A stretch of DNA of 64,000 bases from Malacoraja senta (Eukaryota), in the NCBI GenBank assembly GCA_038087875.1, contig CM075977.1, positions 46,004,001 through 46,068,000 on the forward strand. Reading direction: 5' to 3'. Shown here piece after piece: positions 51,667 through 63,119 of this stretch (the first letter of the stretch is position 1; each line of letters opens with the position of its first letter). A model generated the notes under the pieces. The model ran no database searches, was not told where the DNA came from, and worked only from the letters and a program-made list of their open reading frames with translations. The position numbers and the translations under genes are program-made.

Positions 51667-52900
51667 CTCCTTCTTTCATCTCTCCCTCTCCAGGGTTTTA
51701 CGTAGCCTCCTCTCCTCAGCCTCCTCGCCGAAGACTCTCGAGCCAAAGACTCGCACTTTTCTCACAGGGCACTTCCCTCGCAAGGCCGCTCCCTAAGAGC
51801 CGTCTTGCTTATATTGATTGATAAATTGCCTAATTTACCAATTTACAAAGCAAATTCCTCAGTTTTAAACTGTTTTCCCTTCTGACACTTCTTACTCTCC
51901 TCCCACTCGGGCTAGAGCCAATCAGTGTTTTCTCCTGCTTCTCTTTGTTGCTGTTGCTTCCAAATCCACGGGAGCTCTGAGTAAAGTCTGCCTGTGCTTT
52001 GCCTCTCCTTTTCAACTATTCTCCCCCTCTGACTCACTTCTAACTCTCCTCCCACTCGGGCTAGAGCCAATTCGGTGTCCAATTTTCCCGAAGCTAGACA
52101 AAGCTAGTCTTCAACATAGTCGAAGGAGGTTGCAGGAGGTCTTCTACATAGTCCAAGGAGGTCTTCAACATGACACTTTTTCAAACTCCGCTAAACTTTT
52201 CTAAACTCGCCAATTGGGTTGCCGCAGTGGAACTGCCCCTTAACATTAGCAAATTTGCAGATGACACAAAGCTGGGTGGCAGTGTGAACTGTGAGGAGGA
52301 TGCTGTGAGAATGCAGGGTGGCTTGGACAGGTTGGGTGAGTGGGCAGATGCATGGCAGATGCAGTTTAATATGGACTGTTTAATGTTAGACTGTGTTAGT
52401 GTGCACAGTGCAACTTTAATGGTCCTCCTGACCTAACAACTTCACATCACATCAATTTCAACATGGAATAGTGATGTGAATTTCCATCATGAAAATTGAA
52501 GTCAAACTAAATGGTGCATTTATATTACCATGATTGCTTTCAAACTAACCTATTTTACTGTCATACTATTATAACAAATTCTAGTTCCATGATGACTCAT
52601 AAACAAGATCAGAAATCACATTTTGAATTCTCAAACACAATGTGATTGTGAATAATTGCACAGCTGCCAAGATTCACCGAGCATTTCCGTATTTTGATGG
52701 ATGAAAATCAGTATTCAGTATTTCTCACATAAATGCAATAGAACTTACTATGCAGAAACTGGATTTTTGAAAATCAGTATTTTGCATGCAACCTCATGTA
52801 TTCTCAAATATCAGTATTGAATACTAAAAATCAGTAATACTGAATTCTGAAACCATTTTTGAAATGAGAATTTATAATTCTTGATTTTGATACAATCATA

Positions 52901-53216
52901 TCTCTATACTTATAAAACTCTGATCTTAGATGTGGATGAGTGTGTGTGTGTTTATTTGTTTGTTTGTTGACACATCTTTGCGAAAAGACGACGCGGTAAC
53001 AGTAAAAACAGTACATATTCCGGTAGAGTGAATACCGGAATAAGTAATAATATTAATATGAATAAAATTAACATAATATCAAGGGGGGTGATTAGTGTGT
53101 GTGTGGGTGGGTGGTTAGTGTATGTGTGACATTGCAGGCCACCCCCCTCCCCCCCCCCCCGTAGCTGCGTTTGAGGGGACAGTTGGTCTCCTCAACTATT
53201 AACCCACTTGGTCTCG
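52901..53216 (+). mobile_element. Short non-autonomous Helitron-like unit
   Basis: A|TCTCTATACTTATAAAA start, (GT)n near the 5' end, hairpin TTGAGGGGAC-agttg-GTCTCCTCAA (53171-53195), and end CCCACTTGGTCTCG|T resembling CCCACTTAGTCTAG|T at 12376. Confidence 0.65.
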
Positions 53217-53772
53217 TAACTATTAAAAGTCTGATCTTAGATGTGTGTTTGTTCATGTGTGGGTTTGTTCGTGTGTGTGTTTATTTGTAGAAAATCACAT
53301 ATTCTCGAAAAAATGACGCGCTGACAGTAAAATGTTTACATATTCCGGTAGAGATTTTTTCTCTGGAGTCCAAAATCGCCTTATCTGAAAATGTCATGAT
53401 ATATTTCTCGAGTTATTAATGAAAATCATCAAAAATCTGACAAACTGAAGTCTGCGCCCTCTTGCTCACGTCCCTTCTCCTTTGGTTGACACCTGCTCCC
53501 TGCTCCCTGCTGCACCCCCCTCCCTTCTCTCCCCCCTCCTCTTCCCCCTCCTCTCCCCACTCCTCCCCCCCATCCTGCCCCCCTCCTCTGCTCCCCCTTC
53601 TCTCCCCCATCCTCTCCCCTCCCCTCCACTCCCCCTTTTCTCTCCCATCCCCTCCACCCCCTCATCTCCCCCCATTCCTCTCCCCTCCCCTCTCCCCTCC
53701 CTTGGCCTCTCCTCTCTCCACCTTCCTCTCCCCCTCTCCACCCCCCCCTCCTCTCCCCCCCTACCCCCCCCC
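53217..53772 (+). mobile_element. Second, head-to-tail Helitron-like 5' region followed by a C/T-rich low-complexity tract
   Basis: 53221-53355 repeats 52910-53028 (TCTGATCTTAGATGTG..ACATATTCCGGTAGAG). Polypyrimidine tract at 53460-53772. Confidence 0.6.
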
Positions 53773-54248
53773 AGTCGCCACGCTAGCAGCATCCCAGGAT
53801 GCACAAGTAACCACACCAGCAGCACCTGAGAAGCAGCAGGAGGTCGCCCCAAGGAGCCACTCAAGCAGCAAGTTGGTGAACGCAGATTGCACCGTTCGCA
53901 TACCGACCTCAGCTGCCATTTCTCCCAAGCCTACTCGGGCTTGGACAGTTTCTTCGAACACTGCGGACTCGAGCCCCAGGTGATTGAGAATCTGGCCAGG
54001 GAGAAGTTTGCTGCCTTTGAAAGCCTTGCCCTCAAGTTTCGCAGCGTGAGCTGCCCAGACTCGGAGAGAGAGCCGTCCCGGCACAGCAGCAGCAATAGCG
54101 GCAATGAGCCACTTTAGGGGAAGAACAAGCCCCTGCCCTCTGCCCTCTCAGTCATCAAGCACAACCCAGGGTCATCCAGTGGCTGTACGGCTGCAAGGGG
54201 GCCAAGGAGCCCAAAAGCAAGGCTCCCTCTTTCCTGGTGTCGAATTAA
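53773..54248 (+). pseudogene. FAM110C: FAM110 family (FAM110C-like) C-terminal gene fragment with stop and frameshift
   Basis: RRLHRSHTDLSCHFSQAYSGLDSFFEHCGLEPQVIENLAREKF..LKFRSVS..SRHS, then TAG (54115-17), then LSVIKHN / -1 shift / RVIQWLYGCKGAKE. This matches the recalled FAM110 signatures LxRSxSDLS, FFxxCGLxP and SVIERNARIIKWLYxC. Confidence 0.85.
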
Positions 54249-54342
54249 AAAATATTGTGCCCCAATTTTCTTTTTCACTCTGGAAAAAAAGGGGGGTGAG
54301 ACTGCACCCATCGCACCCCCACCCACCCTTCAGACGACCATG

Positions 54343-56030
54343 CATAAGGTCATAAGGAATAGGAGTAGAATTAAGCCATTTTGGCCCACCAAGTCCACTC
54401 CGCAATTCAATCATGTCTGATCTATCCCCCCTAACCCCATTCTCCTGCCTTTTTCCCATAACCTCTGACACTCGCACTAATCAAGAATCTATCTCTGGCT
54501 TAAAAATATCCACTGATATGGCCTCTACAACCTTCTGTGGCAATGAATTCCACAGATTCACCACTGTCTGACGAAATAAATGTCACCTCATCTCCTTCCC
54601 AAAAGAACATCCTTTAATTCTGAGACTATGAGCTCTAGTTCTAGACTCTCCCACTGATGGAAACATCCTCTCCACATGCACTCTATCCAAGCCTTTCACT
54701 ATTCTGTATGTTTCAATGAGGTCCTCCCTCATTCTTTTAAACTCTATCGAGTACAGGCTCAGTGCCGACAAATGCTCATCATAGGTTAAGCTACCCATTC
54801 CTGTGATCAATCTTGTAAATCTCCTCAGGACCCTCTCCAGAGTCAGCACAATTGACAATAGACAATAGACAATAGGTGCAGGAGTAGGCCATTCGGCCCT
54901 TCGAGCCAGCACCACCATTCAATGTGATCATGGCTGATCATCCCCAATCAGTACCCCGTTCCTGCCTTCTCCCCATATCCCCTGACACCGCTATTTTTAA
55001 GAGCCCTATCTAGCTCTCTCTTGAAAGCATCCAGAGAACCTGCCTCCACCGCCCTCTGAGGCAGAGAATTCCACAGACTCACCACTCTCTATGAGAAAAA
55101 GTGTTTCCTCGTCTCCGTTCTAAATGGCTTACTCCTTATTCTTAAACTGTGGCCCCTGGTTCTGGACTCCCCCAACATCGGGAACATGTTCCTGCCTCTA
55201 GCATGTCCAAACCCTTAACAATCTTATATGTTTCAATGAGATACCCTCTCATCCTTCTAAACTCCAGAGTGTACAAGCCCAGCTGCTCCATTCTCTCAGC
55301 ATATGTCAGTCCCGCCATCCCGGGAATTAACCTTGTAAACCTACGCTGCACTCCCTCAATAGCAAGAATGTCCTTCCTCAAATTAGGGGACCAAAACTGC
55401 ACACAATACCAGGTGTGGTCTCACTAGGGCTCTGTACAACTGCAGAAGGACCTCTTTGCTCCTATATTCGATTCCTCTTGTTATAATGGCCAACATGCCA
55501 TTCGCTTTCTTCACTGCCTGCTGTACCTGCATGCTTACTTTCATAGACTGATGTACAAGGACCCCCAGATCCCATTGTACTTCCCCTTTTCCCAACTTGA
55601 CGTCATTTAGATAGTAATCTGCCTTCCTATTTTTGCTACCAAAGTGAATAACCTCACATTTATGCGCATTAAACTTCATCTGCCATGCATCTGCCCACTC
55701 CCCCAACCTGTCCAAGTCACCCTGCATTCTCAAAGCATCCTCCTCCCAGTTCACACTGCCACCCAGCTTTGTGTCATCTGCAAATTTGCTAATGTTACTT
55801 AGAATCCCTTCATCCAAATCATTGATGTATATTGTAAATAGCTGCAGTCCCAGCTCCGAGCCTTGCGGTATCCCATTAGTCATTGCCTGCCATTCTGAAA
55901 GGGACCCGTTAATCCCTACTCTTTGTTTCCTGTCTGTCAACCTTCCTTCCTCAGATATGGTGCCCAAAATTGCTCATAATATTCCAATAGTGACCTGACC
56001 AGTGCCTTATAGAGCCAAAACATTACATCA
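54343..56030 (-). mobile_element. Older CR1 3' fragment (54343-54850 and 55943-56030) interrupted by a younger CR1
   Basis: LERVLRRFTRLITGM..LSLYSIEFKRMREDL with a CATAAG tail. The sequence resumes at CCTTCCTCAGATATGG. Confidence 0.8.
54851..55942 (-). mobile_element. 5'-truncated CR1
   Basis: GIPQGSELG, KFADDTKLGG, LVRPHL, with a (CAATAGA)n tail. Confidence 0.92.
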
Positions 56031-56388
56031 TTACATTAGGTAACTTGGACTATTTAAAAAATCTGTTTTAGGTAACTTGTTGGCACATGAGGTGGTTTTC
56101 ATATTGCTGTTTCTGGGACATACACTAAATCATTTTCAAGATTGTCTGCTGCATAATTTCCATTATAATTGCACCTACAATTCAACAATTAGCTCTGGAG
56201 TGCCATGAAATTGTGAAGAGTGGATTTTTAAAAACCATTCTTTCTTTGGTAAACAAAGCAATTATCATTTTTCAGTCATAGTTTGTAAAAAAAATGTAGA
56301 CGCAGAAGCAATGAATAGGTCCTCTACATTATCAAACCAATAAATCTACACTTTGTAAAACAAACAAATCTTAAACAGGATTACTGTA

Positions 56389-57798
56389 ATCTCAATTCGC
56401 CATGGAGAGTAGCGAGAATACTTGTGCCGTAGGTGGGTCGCCAGGAGGTCCTAGTGTGTTGTCAGGAGGTCCTAGTGGGTTGCCACGAGGTGAACGATTC
56501 TCTTATGCCCCTGTCCCACTTAGGAAACCTGAACAGAAACCTCTGGTGACCTTGCGCCCCACCCATGAGGTTCCCGGAGGTTTTGGTCACTCTCTCTAAT
56601 GGTCGAAAGTGGTTTCCACATGGTCGAGGCTTCTTCTATGTTCCTTCGATTATTTCAACAAAATCAAAACCGGCCTCGACTAAAAATAAGTTGCCGTTTG
56701 GTCGAAGCCAGTGGAGTGGGGTCGCTATTTACTTACAGGCAGTCAAAGGCCATTTCCTTCGCTGACCGGCCATTTTGATTGGCTCATTGGAGTTTCACAA
56801 CCTAAAAGGACCCACTGGAAGGTAAAATGCCCGCTAACTTTATTAAACTTCTTAAAACTGTCTCCACTCCTACTCCCCCCTTCTCTCCCCTTCTCCCCAC
56901 TTCTCTCCCCCTTCTCCCCCCTTCTCCACCCTTCTCTCTCCCCTTCTCTCCCCTTCTCTTCCCCTCCTCTCTCTCCCCCTTCTCTGCCCTTCTCTCCCCC
57001 CCATCCGCGCTCTCTAAAGGACTTACCGTGCTCTGTGGCAGCCGTTTACCTTCCTCTTCATCAAGCAAACAGCGCTCCTCCGCTGTCCCTGGCCCCCACC
57101 TTCACGGTGTGTTTGTTTGTGTGTGTGTGTGTGTGCGGTCGGTAGCAAAGATCCTATAGGAGTTTTGGTTAGTAAATGCAGCACACGCTTCGGTCGAGAC
57201 TTTCCAGGCAAGAGACCAAAACCTCTGGCGACTCATGGAAACCTTGGGTGGGGCGGAAGGTCACCAGAGGTTTCGGTTCAGGTTTCCTAAGTGAGACAGG
57301 GGCATTAGTTTCTCGTAGGTTGAAGCCGGGTCTGACCGGTGAATTTCATTGGCTCATTGGGAAATAAAAACGTAAACACTCGTTTTCAGAACCAAGGATA
57401 ATCGACTGGTAATGTTACTGTTTGCCGAGCTTCACAGCCATGTATCTCTGGCTTCTTAAAAGTTGTCTCCACTCCTTCTCCCCTCTTCTCCCCCGTCTCT
57501 CCCGATTCTCCCCCCTCTCTTTTAAAGGACTTACCGTACACTGTGCATTTTGGCTTCTTAGCTACAGCGCCAACCTTCCTGTTCATCGCGGTGTGGGTTT
57601 GTATCACATTGGCTTTGCACTATATGAATTTCACTCAGACAGCGCTCCCACCACTTGACTTGCCTGCATAATGGGCTGGTGCAGGACGCGATGCGTTTGT
57701 GTGTTCCAGTCGCTGTTCCAGTTCCTGGTTTTTCAGGCGACTGCTACTTGACAGTCACCAGCAGTCGCCTGAAAAATTGCCTAAGTGGGACGGGCCCA
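56389..57798. mobile_element. Outer Harbinger-type MITE, left TIR missing
   Basis: Right TIR CCTAAGTGGGACGGGCCCA followed by TTA. Its interior is homologous to the inner MITE. Confidence 0.65.
56506..57304. mobile_element. Inner PIF/Harbinger-type MITE
   Basis: Long TIRs TGCCCCTGTCCCACTTAGGAAACCTGAAC / GTTCAGGTTTCCTAAGTGAGACAGGGGCA, with TSD TTA. Confidence 0.9.
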
Positions 57799-58654
57799 TT
57801 ACTGTATCAAAGAATTGATGAACTGTTAATAAAAATTAGATTTAGCACAGATAGTTTACTTATTATTAATGCTATCAAATTATTGTAATTTAACAAATGA
57901 CGAGAGATTTATTAGATTATGATTTTGTTGCTTAACTATTAGATTGATCCTCTACCATAGTCAATTTTGAATCGTTAATAGTATCGATCCTTTCCCATAA
58001 AATTTGAGAGAATTCTGTGAAAATTGTCTATGTCTGCATTCATAAAGGCAATGGTCTAACATGCAGGATTAAAATATATTATCCAACGGTTAAATAATTA
58101 TTGTAGATCCTATATATTGAATCCTTTTCATTTGCATCAGGTGTCTACACTGTTGAAGTGCACTGTCTGTATGTCTTAACTGAAGTAGCATACTGCATGT
58201 GAATGCTGCTGCAAATGGTTTGGTACAAAAATGTGGACAATCACCTGTTTCTTCACATGACATTCAGTCACCTTGGGAAGACCAGAAAACGTGCTTCCAC
58301 TCCCTTGCAACTGGTATGATCTTTTATCACCATTTATATGGAAACCATTACAACATCAATATTTATATATTTATAAACCTTTATGTTACAACTTTGCTTT
58401 CTAAAATGGTAAGTTGGTCGATTTTGAATGTAATGTATGTTTTACATCATTGATCACTGTATCCCTGCAGACCTGTGCAGAGAGTTATTCAGAAGCTGTC
58501 ATTGTAATAGGCTCCTTCACTTCCCAGTCAGTGGGGGGCAGATATTCTTTTTATGGTTTAATGCAGAATCATTATTTATCCTATCTTGAAATTTGGACAG
58601 GCTGTGATTTTTGCCCATATATTTTGTCAAGATTGTTTTATAACCTACACCTAC

Positions 58655-59028
58655 ATAAAAAGTCTTCTCACCCACCACTCCACATCCAGGCCCCTCAGAT
58701 CGGCCGACTTGGAGTTGCTGAATATCCCACAGTCTAGGCATAAGCTCAGGGGCGACCGCGCCTTTGCGGTTGCAGCCCCTAGACTGTGGAACAGCATCCT
58801 CTTTCCCATCAGAACTGCCCCCTCCATCGACTCTTTTAAGTCAAGACTAAAAACTTATCTATACTCCCAAGCCTTCCCTGACGTCCTCTGAGTGAGGGCT
58901 ACATGTATATATGTATGTAGTTTGTTTTGTTTATGCTATTCTTATAACAAATGTAAAGCACTTTGGCCAACGAGAGTTGTTTTTTAAATGTGCTATATAA
59001 ATAAATGTGACTTGACTTGACTTGACTT
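58655..59028 (+). mobile_element. L2-clade LINE 3' fragment
   Basis: SRPLRSAD..L.IP....GDRAFAVAAPRLWNS....R....IDSFKSRLKTYL..QAF, with a (GACTT)n tail. Confidence 0.9.
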
Positions 59029-59576
59029 ATAAAGTGTAGATTTGCTGTAGTGATTTGATAATGCAGAGGACCTGTTCATTGCTTTTCATTTTACATTTTA
59101 TTTATACAAAATGTGACTGGAAATGGAAATTGATTTGCCCTCAACAGAAAGAAAGATGTTAAAAACTCCACTCTTTAAAATGTCGGCATTCCACAGCTAA
59201 TTTCTGAACTGTGGGTGCATTTATAATAGAACAAATGCAGCAGATAATTTATGAAAGTGATTTGTGTCAAAGAAACAGCAATATAAAAATGACCACATAA
59301 TCCTTTTGCTCGTCAATACATATGAAATATAAATATTGGCCAGCACGTTGGGAGGAACTCTCCTGTTCTGCTTTGAAACAATATCATGGGATTATTTAGT
59401 ATCAGAAATCCGTAAATATGAGACATCTACAGGCAGTATCGATTTTGATCTCTTTACAGCAGAAAGGGAGTGGACGGCTTATTCTGTTGTTTAATTGGCG
59501 TCTCATACCCTACGTTTAAGCATCACTGTGTCCAGTTGGTCTTTTTAATCTTTTATTTCCCTGGAGTAGGGAAACT

Positions 59577-61045
59577 GGGGACGCTGTCCTGTGGGCGGCT
59601 GCCCAGCCAGCAGCTGTCTGTCCTTTCATCTTTTATTTTTTATTTTAGTTAGTTAAGTGTTTTGTTTGGAGGTCTAGACTTTTTTGTGTGGGGGAGGGGG
59701 GGGAGGAAGGGGGAAACTACAGGCTCTGTCTTACCTGTTTGCAGTCATCGGCGGTGAAGCGCGGCGTCGCCGGTAGCGGGGACCGCGCGGCAACGGCGAG
59801 AGCGTCGAGCCTATCCACCGGAGTGCCGCACGGATGCTGCGCGGGGGCCGAGTTAATTCAAACACGGCGGGTCCCACGTGCTTGCGGTAAGTAAAAAAAG
59901 GGCGGGCCGACTGCGATGACGTCGGCCCGCCGCACGTGACTCACGAGCGGCGGCTATGGCGGCGGCCATCCTGATCGCGGCGCTGTAGCGGTGGCTGTGC
60001 CTGCGGCCGTGCAGCACACGTGCCTCACTGGCGGCGGCACGTGCCTCACTGGCGGAGGCTGTGGCAGTGGAGGTTTGACGCACGGCGCTTGAGCCACACT
60101 GGCGGCTGCCCGTGCGGGCGGCCGTGCCGCACTCGTGCATCACTGGTGGAGGTTGTGCGGTGAGTATATAGTTTTCGACATTGTCGATTTTATTTTAGCA
60201 CCGTGCGGTGTTGGGAACACCGACGCACGGCCCCGGTATTGTACGTTCTCACGAGTGCGCGGTCTATGGCGGCAGATTCTTCCCGTTTCGCCGCCAATGA
60301 CCGCAGACTCGTGAGACAGGCCTTTACCTTTCAGGGTCCCTACCTGGCCGGAGAGGCAGCTTTTCTCCGGGCTGCAGCTTCGACCCGTCCTCGCGGCCTA
60401 CCAGCGGGCCTGGAGCGGCGTTTCCTGTCGGGGACCGCCCAGAACCTCGGCTTTGGCGGCGGCACAGCGCTGGAGCGCTATCGCGGAGTGGGCGATGCCT
60501 TGCCCGGGTCGCCGCGCTGGAGCTCCGGTGAGCTGAGGATCGCTGCGGAAAACATCGCGGAGCTGCGGGACTGTGGAGTGACCAGCTGCGGGCGGCGGCG
60601 CTGAACTTTACACCGGGAGCCTGGGATCTCTAGATGAGATCGCCAGTTGTGGAGCTCCAACCGGCGCGGCCTTGTTGGCTTCGGAAGCCGCGGCCCCCAG
60701 TGCGGAAGCGGCCGTTCCAGGGTTCCCAGGCCGCTGGGAGGACTCTCCCGATGCCGGAACAACATCACCCGGCGAGAACGGCCTGGAACATCGGGCCTCC
60801 GTAGAGGCAACTGTGGAGGCCTCAATGGGCCCGACTATGGGTGAACTGGGGTTGGGGACTGGACTTTGTGCCTTCCCTCATGGTGGGAGCCATTGTGGGG
60901 GGATGTTCAGTGTTAAGACTCTCTTGGTGTTATGTCTGTATTCTCTTCCTTTGTGTGGTGCATAATGGCAAAAAGCATTTCACTTCACTACACCTGGGTG
61001 TATGTGAATGTGACTAATAAAAATACTTTACTTTACTTTACTTTA
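59577..61045 (+). mobile_element. GC-rich non-autonomous retroposon with Rex1/Babar-like tail (left boundary uncertain)
   Basis: CpG-rich non-coding body with 3' end AAAGCATTTCAC..GTGACTAATAAA and (CTTTA)n. Confidence 0.55.
59721..60324. mobile_element. CpG-rich Harbinger-type MITE
   Basis: Imperfect ~40-bp TIRs AGGCTCTGTCTTAC..GCAGTCATCGGCGGTGAA / TTCGCCGCCAATGACCGC..GTGAGACAGGCCTT, with 3-bp TSD TAC (59718-20, 60325-27). Confidence 0.8.
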
Positions 61046-61479
61046 GTCTGCATATTAAACCATATTTCGCTCTTCAATGTCATCTTGTTTCTTCTGTTGA
61101 GCTATTGTATCCTTATACAGTCTGTCTAATTCTCAATAAGGAGTAAATTAGAGATTGAAGGTGGAGCTCAGTTGCTCTGTTTCAAGCCATTGATCTGTCA
61201 GCCACTGCAGTTTATTTTAAACTCTGCCTTCAGCATGTTTTCAACATTGTACCAATTAGTTGGGGTATTGATTTCAAGAAAGCAGTTGCTTGTTTTTAAA
61301 CGATCAACTCTCCTGGCTTTCTGAGGATTTATTCTGCTCCTTTTCCTTCTCTGAATCCATTGATTCTGTGCTACTGGATACTTCCACAGGGGCCTGTTGC
61401 CTTTTGGAAAATGATCAGGATAGTGACTCTTAGCCAAGCTTTACCCCTTATTATCTCAGGAGATATTAAGGAGGAAACT

Positions 61480-61915
61480 GCAGCACCAATTATTTTGTGT
61501 TGGACGAGACCGGTTTCAACTTTGCTCGAGTCCTGTATGGTAGTCCCATGACCTATGGTGACTTCTTGTTTCACCAACATCTCAGATTTAAAATTCTCAT
61601 CGTTGTTTGGAACCCTCAATGGTCTTACCTCTCCCTATCTTTGTGACCTATTAAAGCATCAAACACTCTGTGTTTTCCCTGTTATTGGTTCTAGTGTACA
61701 ACCAATTTATTTTGTTTCATTTTCTGCATGTGTCTTTCTATCCTTCCTCTTCCTTTGCCCCTTTTAAACCGAGCTCTTTGACCAATGTTTTGGTCATGTG
61801 CCGTAATACTCCCTTCTGTGATTTGGCATCCAATTCTATCAGGAAATCTATCTGTGAAGTTATTTGGATGTTTTATTATTTTAAAAACATTAATTATATG
61901 GAAGTAATTACTTGT
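61480..61915 (+). mobile_element. Ancient L2-like 3' relic
   Basis: Degenerate FKIL...L.GL..PYLCDL and tail CTCTTTGACCAA..TTTTGGTCA..CTGTGAAG..TTGGATGTTTT. Confidence 0.5.
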
Positions 61916-63100
61916 TTCCTAACTACTCTTGTTCCCGAACTGAACTTCACCAATAAACTGGATCAGTGTTTTGTCTATGTAATTGTTATATATTGGATCT
62001 TGCTGTTCATGAAACTTGCTTCTATATTTTGGTTGCATGATTACAGAGAAGATCGTTTCCCATTTTTCGATACAACAAATCTGTAAACCATTCTGTCTCA
62101 ATTCCTCAATATAAATACCAAGCATTGGCAAGATTTGATATCTAGGGAAATACATTTTATTCTGTAACTCTCTATTAGTCTGGCAGGTTTGGCTTCTTGG
62201 TGATGCCAGACTAGCAGATTTCGCAGACAATGGATGTTATTTCTACTAATACTCTACCACATCTATAGCACATTTTGTTTTGATGTTACGCAGTAGAATA
62301 ATATCATTTCCAGTGAACCCAGTACGTTTAGCTGGAGCCCAACTTCAAAGCCCTGTAAGATTCAAAGGAACATGGGAAAGAGAAAGATGAGTTTTACTGG
62401 AAACAAAAGGGCACAAAGTGTTGGAGTAACTCAGCAGGTCAGGCAACATCTTTGGAGAGGTGACGTTTCGAGTCAGAACCGTTCTTCAGAGTCAGAAGAA
62501 GGGTCGAGACCCGAAATGTCAATTATATGTTCTCCAGAGATGCTGTCTGACATGCTGAGTTGCTCCAGCACTTTGTATCCTTTTGTGTATAATCCAACAT
62601 CTGCAGTTTTTTGTTTCTATAGTCTGAGTTTTAAGGGAGGATGAGAATTATTCCCCAGTTAATGTAAATTAAGCTTGGGATGTAAGACTTCAATGTGACA
62701 AACTGAGTCCATAAAACAGCACTCTGCGAGCCAGATGCAAACCATTTTTTCTATTTCTAAATAGTTGAAGAGAAGATGAGTGTACAAGAAAGTAACAATA
62801 CAGGCAGTGCCCAGGTTATGACAGGGTTCCAATCCTGAGAACCTGTTTGTAACCTGAATGGTTAGTGAGTTGACCATGAAGAAAACCACTGTGGGAGAGG
62901 ATCACAGAAACAGCTGTGAGAGGAGAATGAGCAGAATCAGGAAGAGCAGGTCTCTGGCTAGTCGGCCTCACTGACTCAGTGAGTGAGCGAGTGGGTCTGC
63001 TCGGCACTACCGTCTCTACCCGGCTCAACGCATCCCCTGCTTGTTGTGACATGGGGAGGGGTTGTGGGGACAGAAGATACGTCAAAATGCCTCGTTTCCA

Positions 63101-63119
63101 GCCAGCAGGAGGTGCCTAG
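63101..63119 (+). promoter_or_regulatory. CTCF-like motif
   Basis: GCCAGCAGGAGGTGCCTAG versus the core consensus CCASYAGRKGGCRS. Motif match only. Confidence 0.4.

Larger units (their letters stand above)
47708..52069 (-). mobile_element. Full-length CR1 LINE
   Basis: 5' UTR with a duplicated ~37-bp unit (51884-51920, 52031-52070), ORF1, ORF2 and an (ATAGAAAC) tail. Possible TSD ATTC at 47704-07 and 52070-73. Confidence 0.95.
47340..52240. mobile_element. PIF/Harbinger-type MITE (47340-47707 and 52070-52240)
   Basis: TIRs AGGGGCTGTCCCACTGCGG / CCGCAGTGGAACTGCCCCT, with 3-bp TSD TAA at 47337-39 and 52241-43. Confidence 0.88.
47301..52372 (+). mobile_element. Short CR1 RT fragment (47301-47339 and 52241-52372) hosting a MITE
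   Basis: The rejoined sequence reads IYINDLDEGITSNISKFADDTKLGG. Confidence 0.85.

Noticed and set aside
52600-52880. Repeated AAAATCAGTATT motifs
   Set aside because: They may be subterminal repeats of an old DNA transposon, but no clear TIR or TSD could be defined.
53416-53983. Pro/Ser-rich and Gly/Glu-rich ORFs (also 56711-57159)
   Set aside because: These are translations of C/T-rich low-complexity tracts.
58141-58313. AG...GT-bounded exon-like segment
   Set aside because: All three frames have stops and no product is recognisable. It could only be non-coding, and there is no further support.
59688-60965. Several Ala/Arg/Gly-rich ORFs
   Set aside because: They are expected by chance in very GC-rich TE sequence, cross TE junctions, and have no domain.
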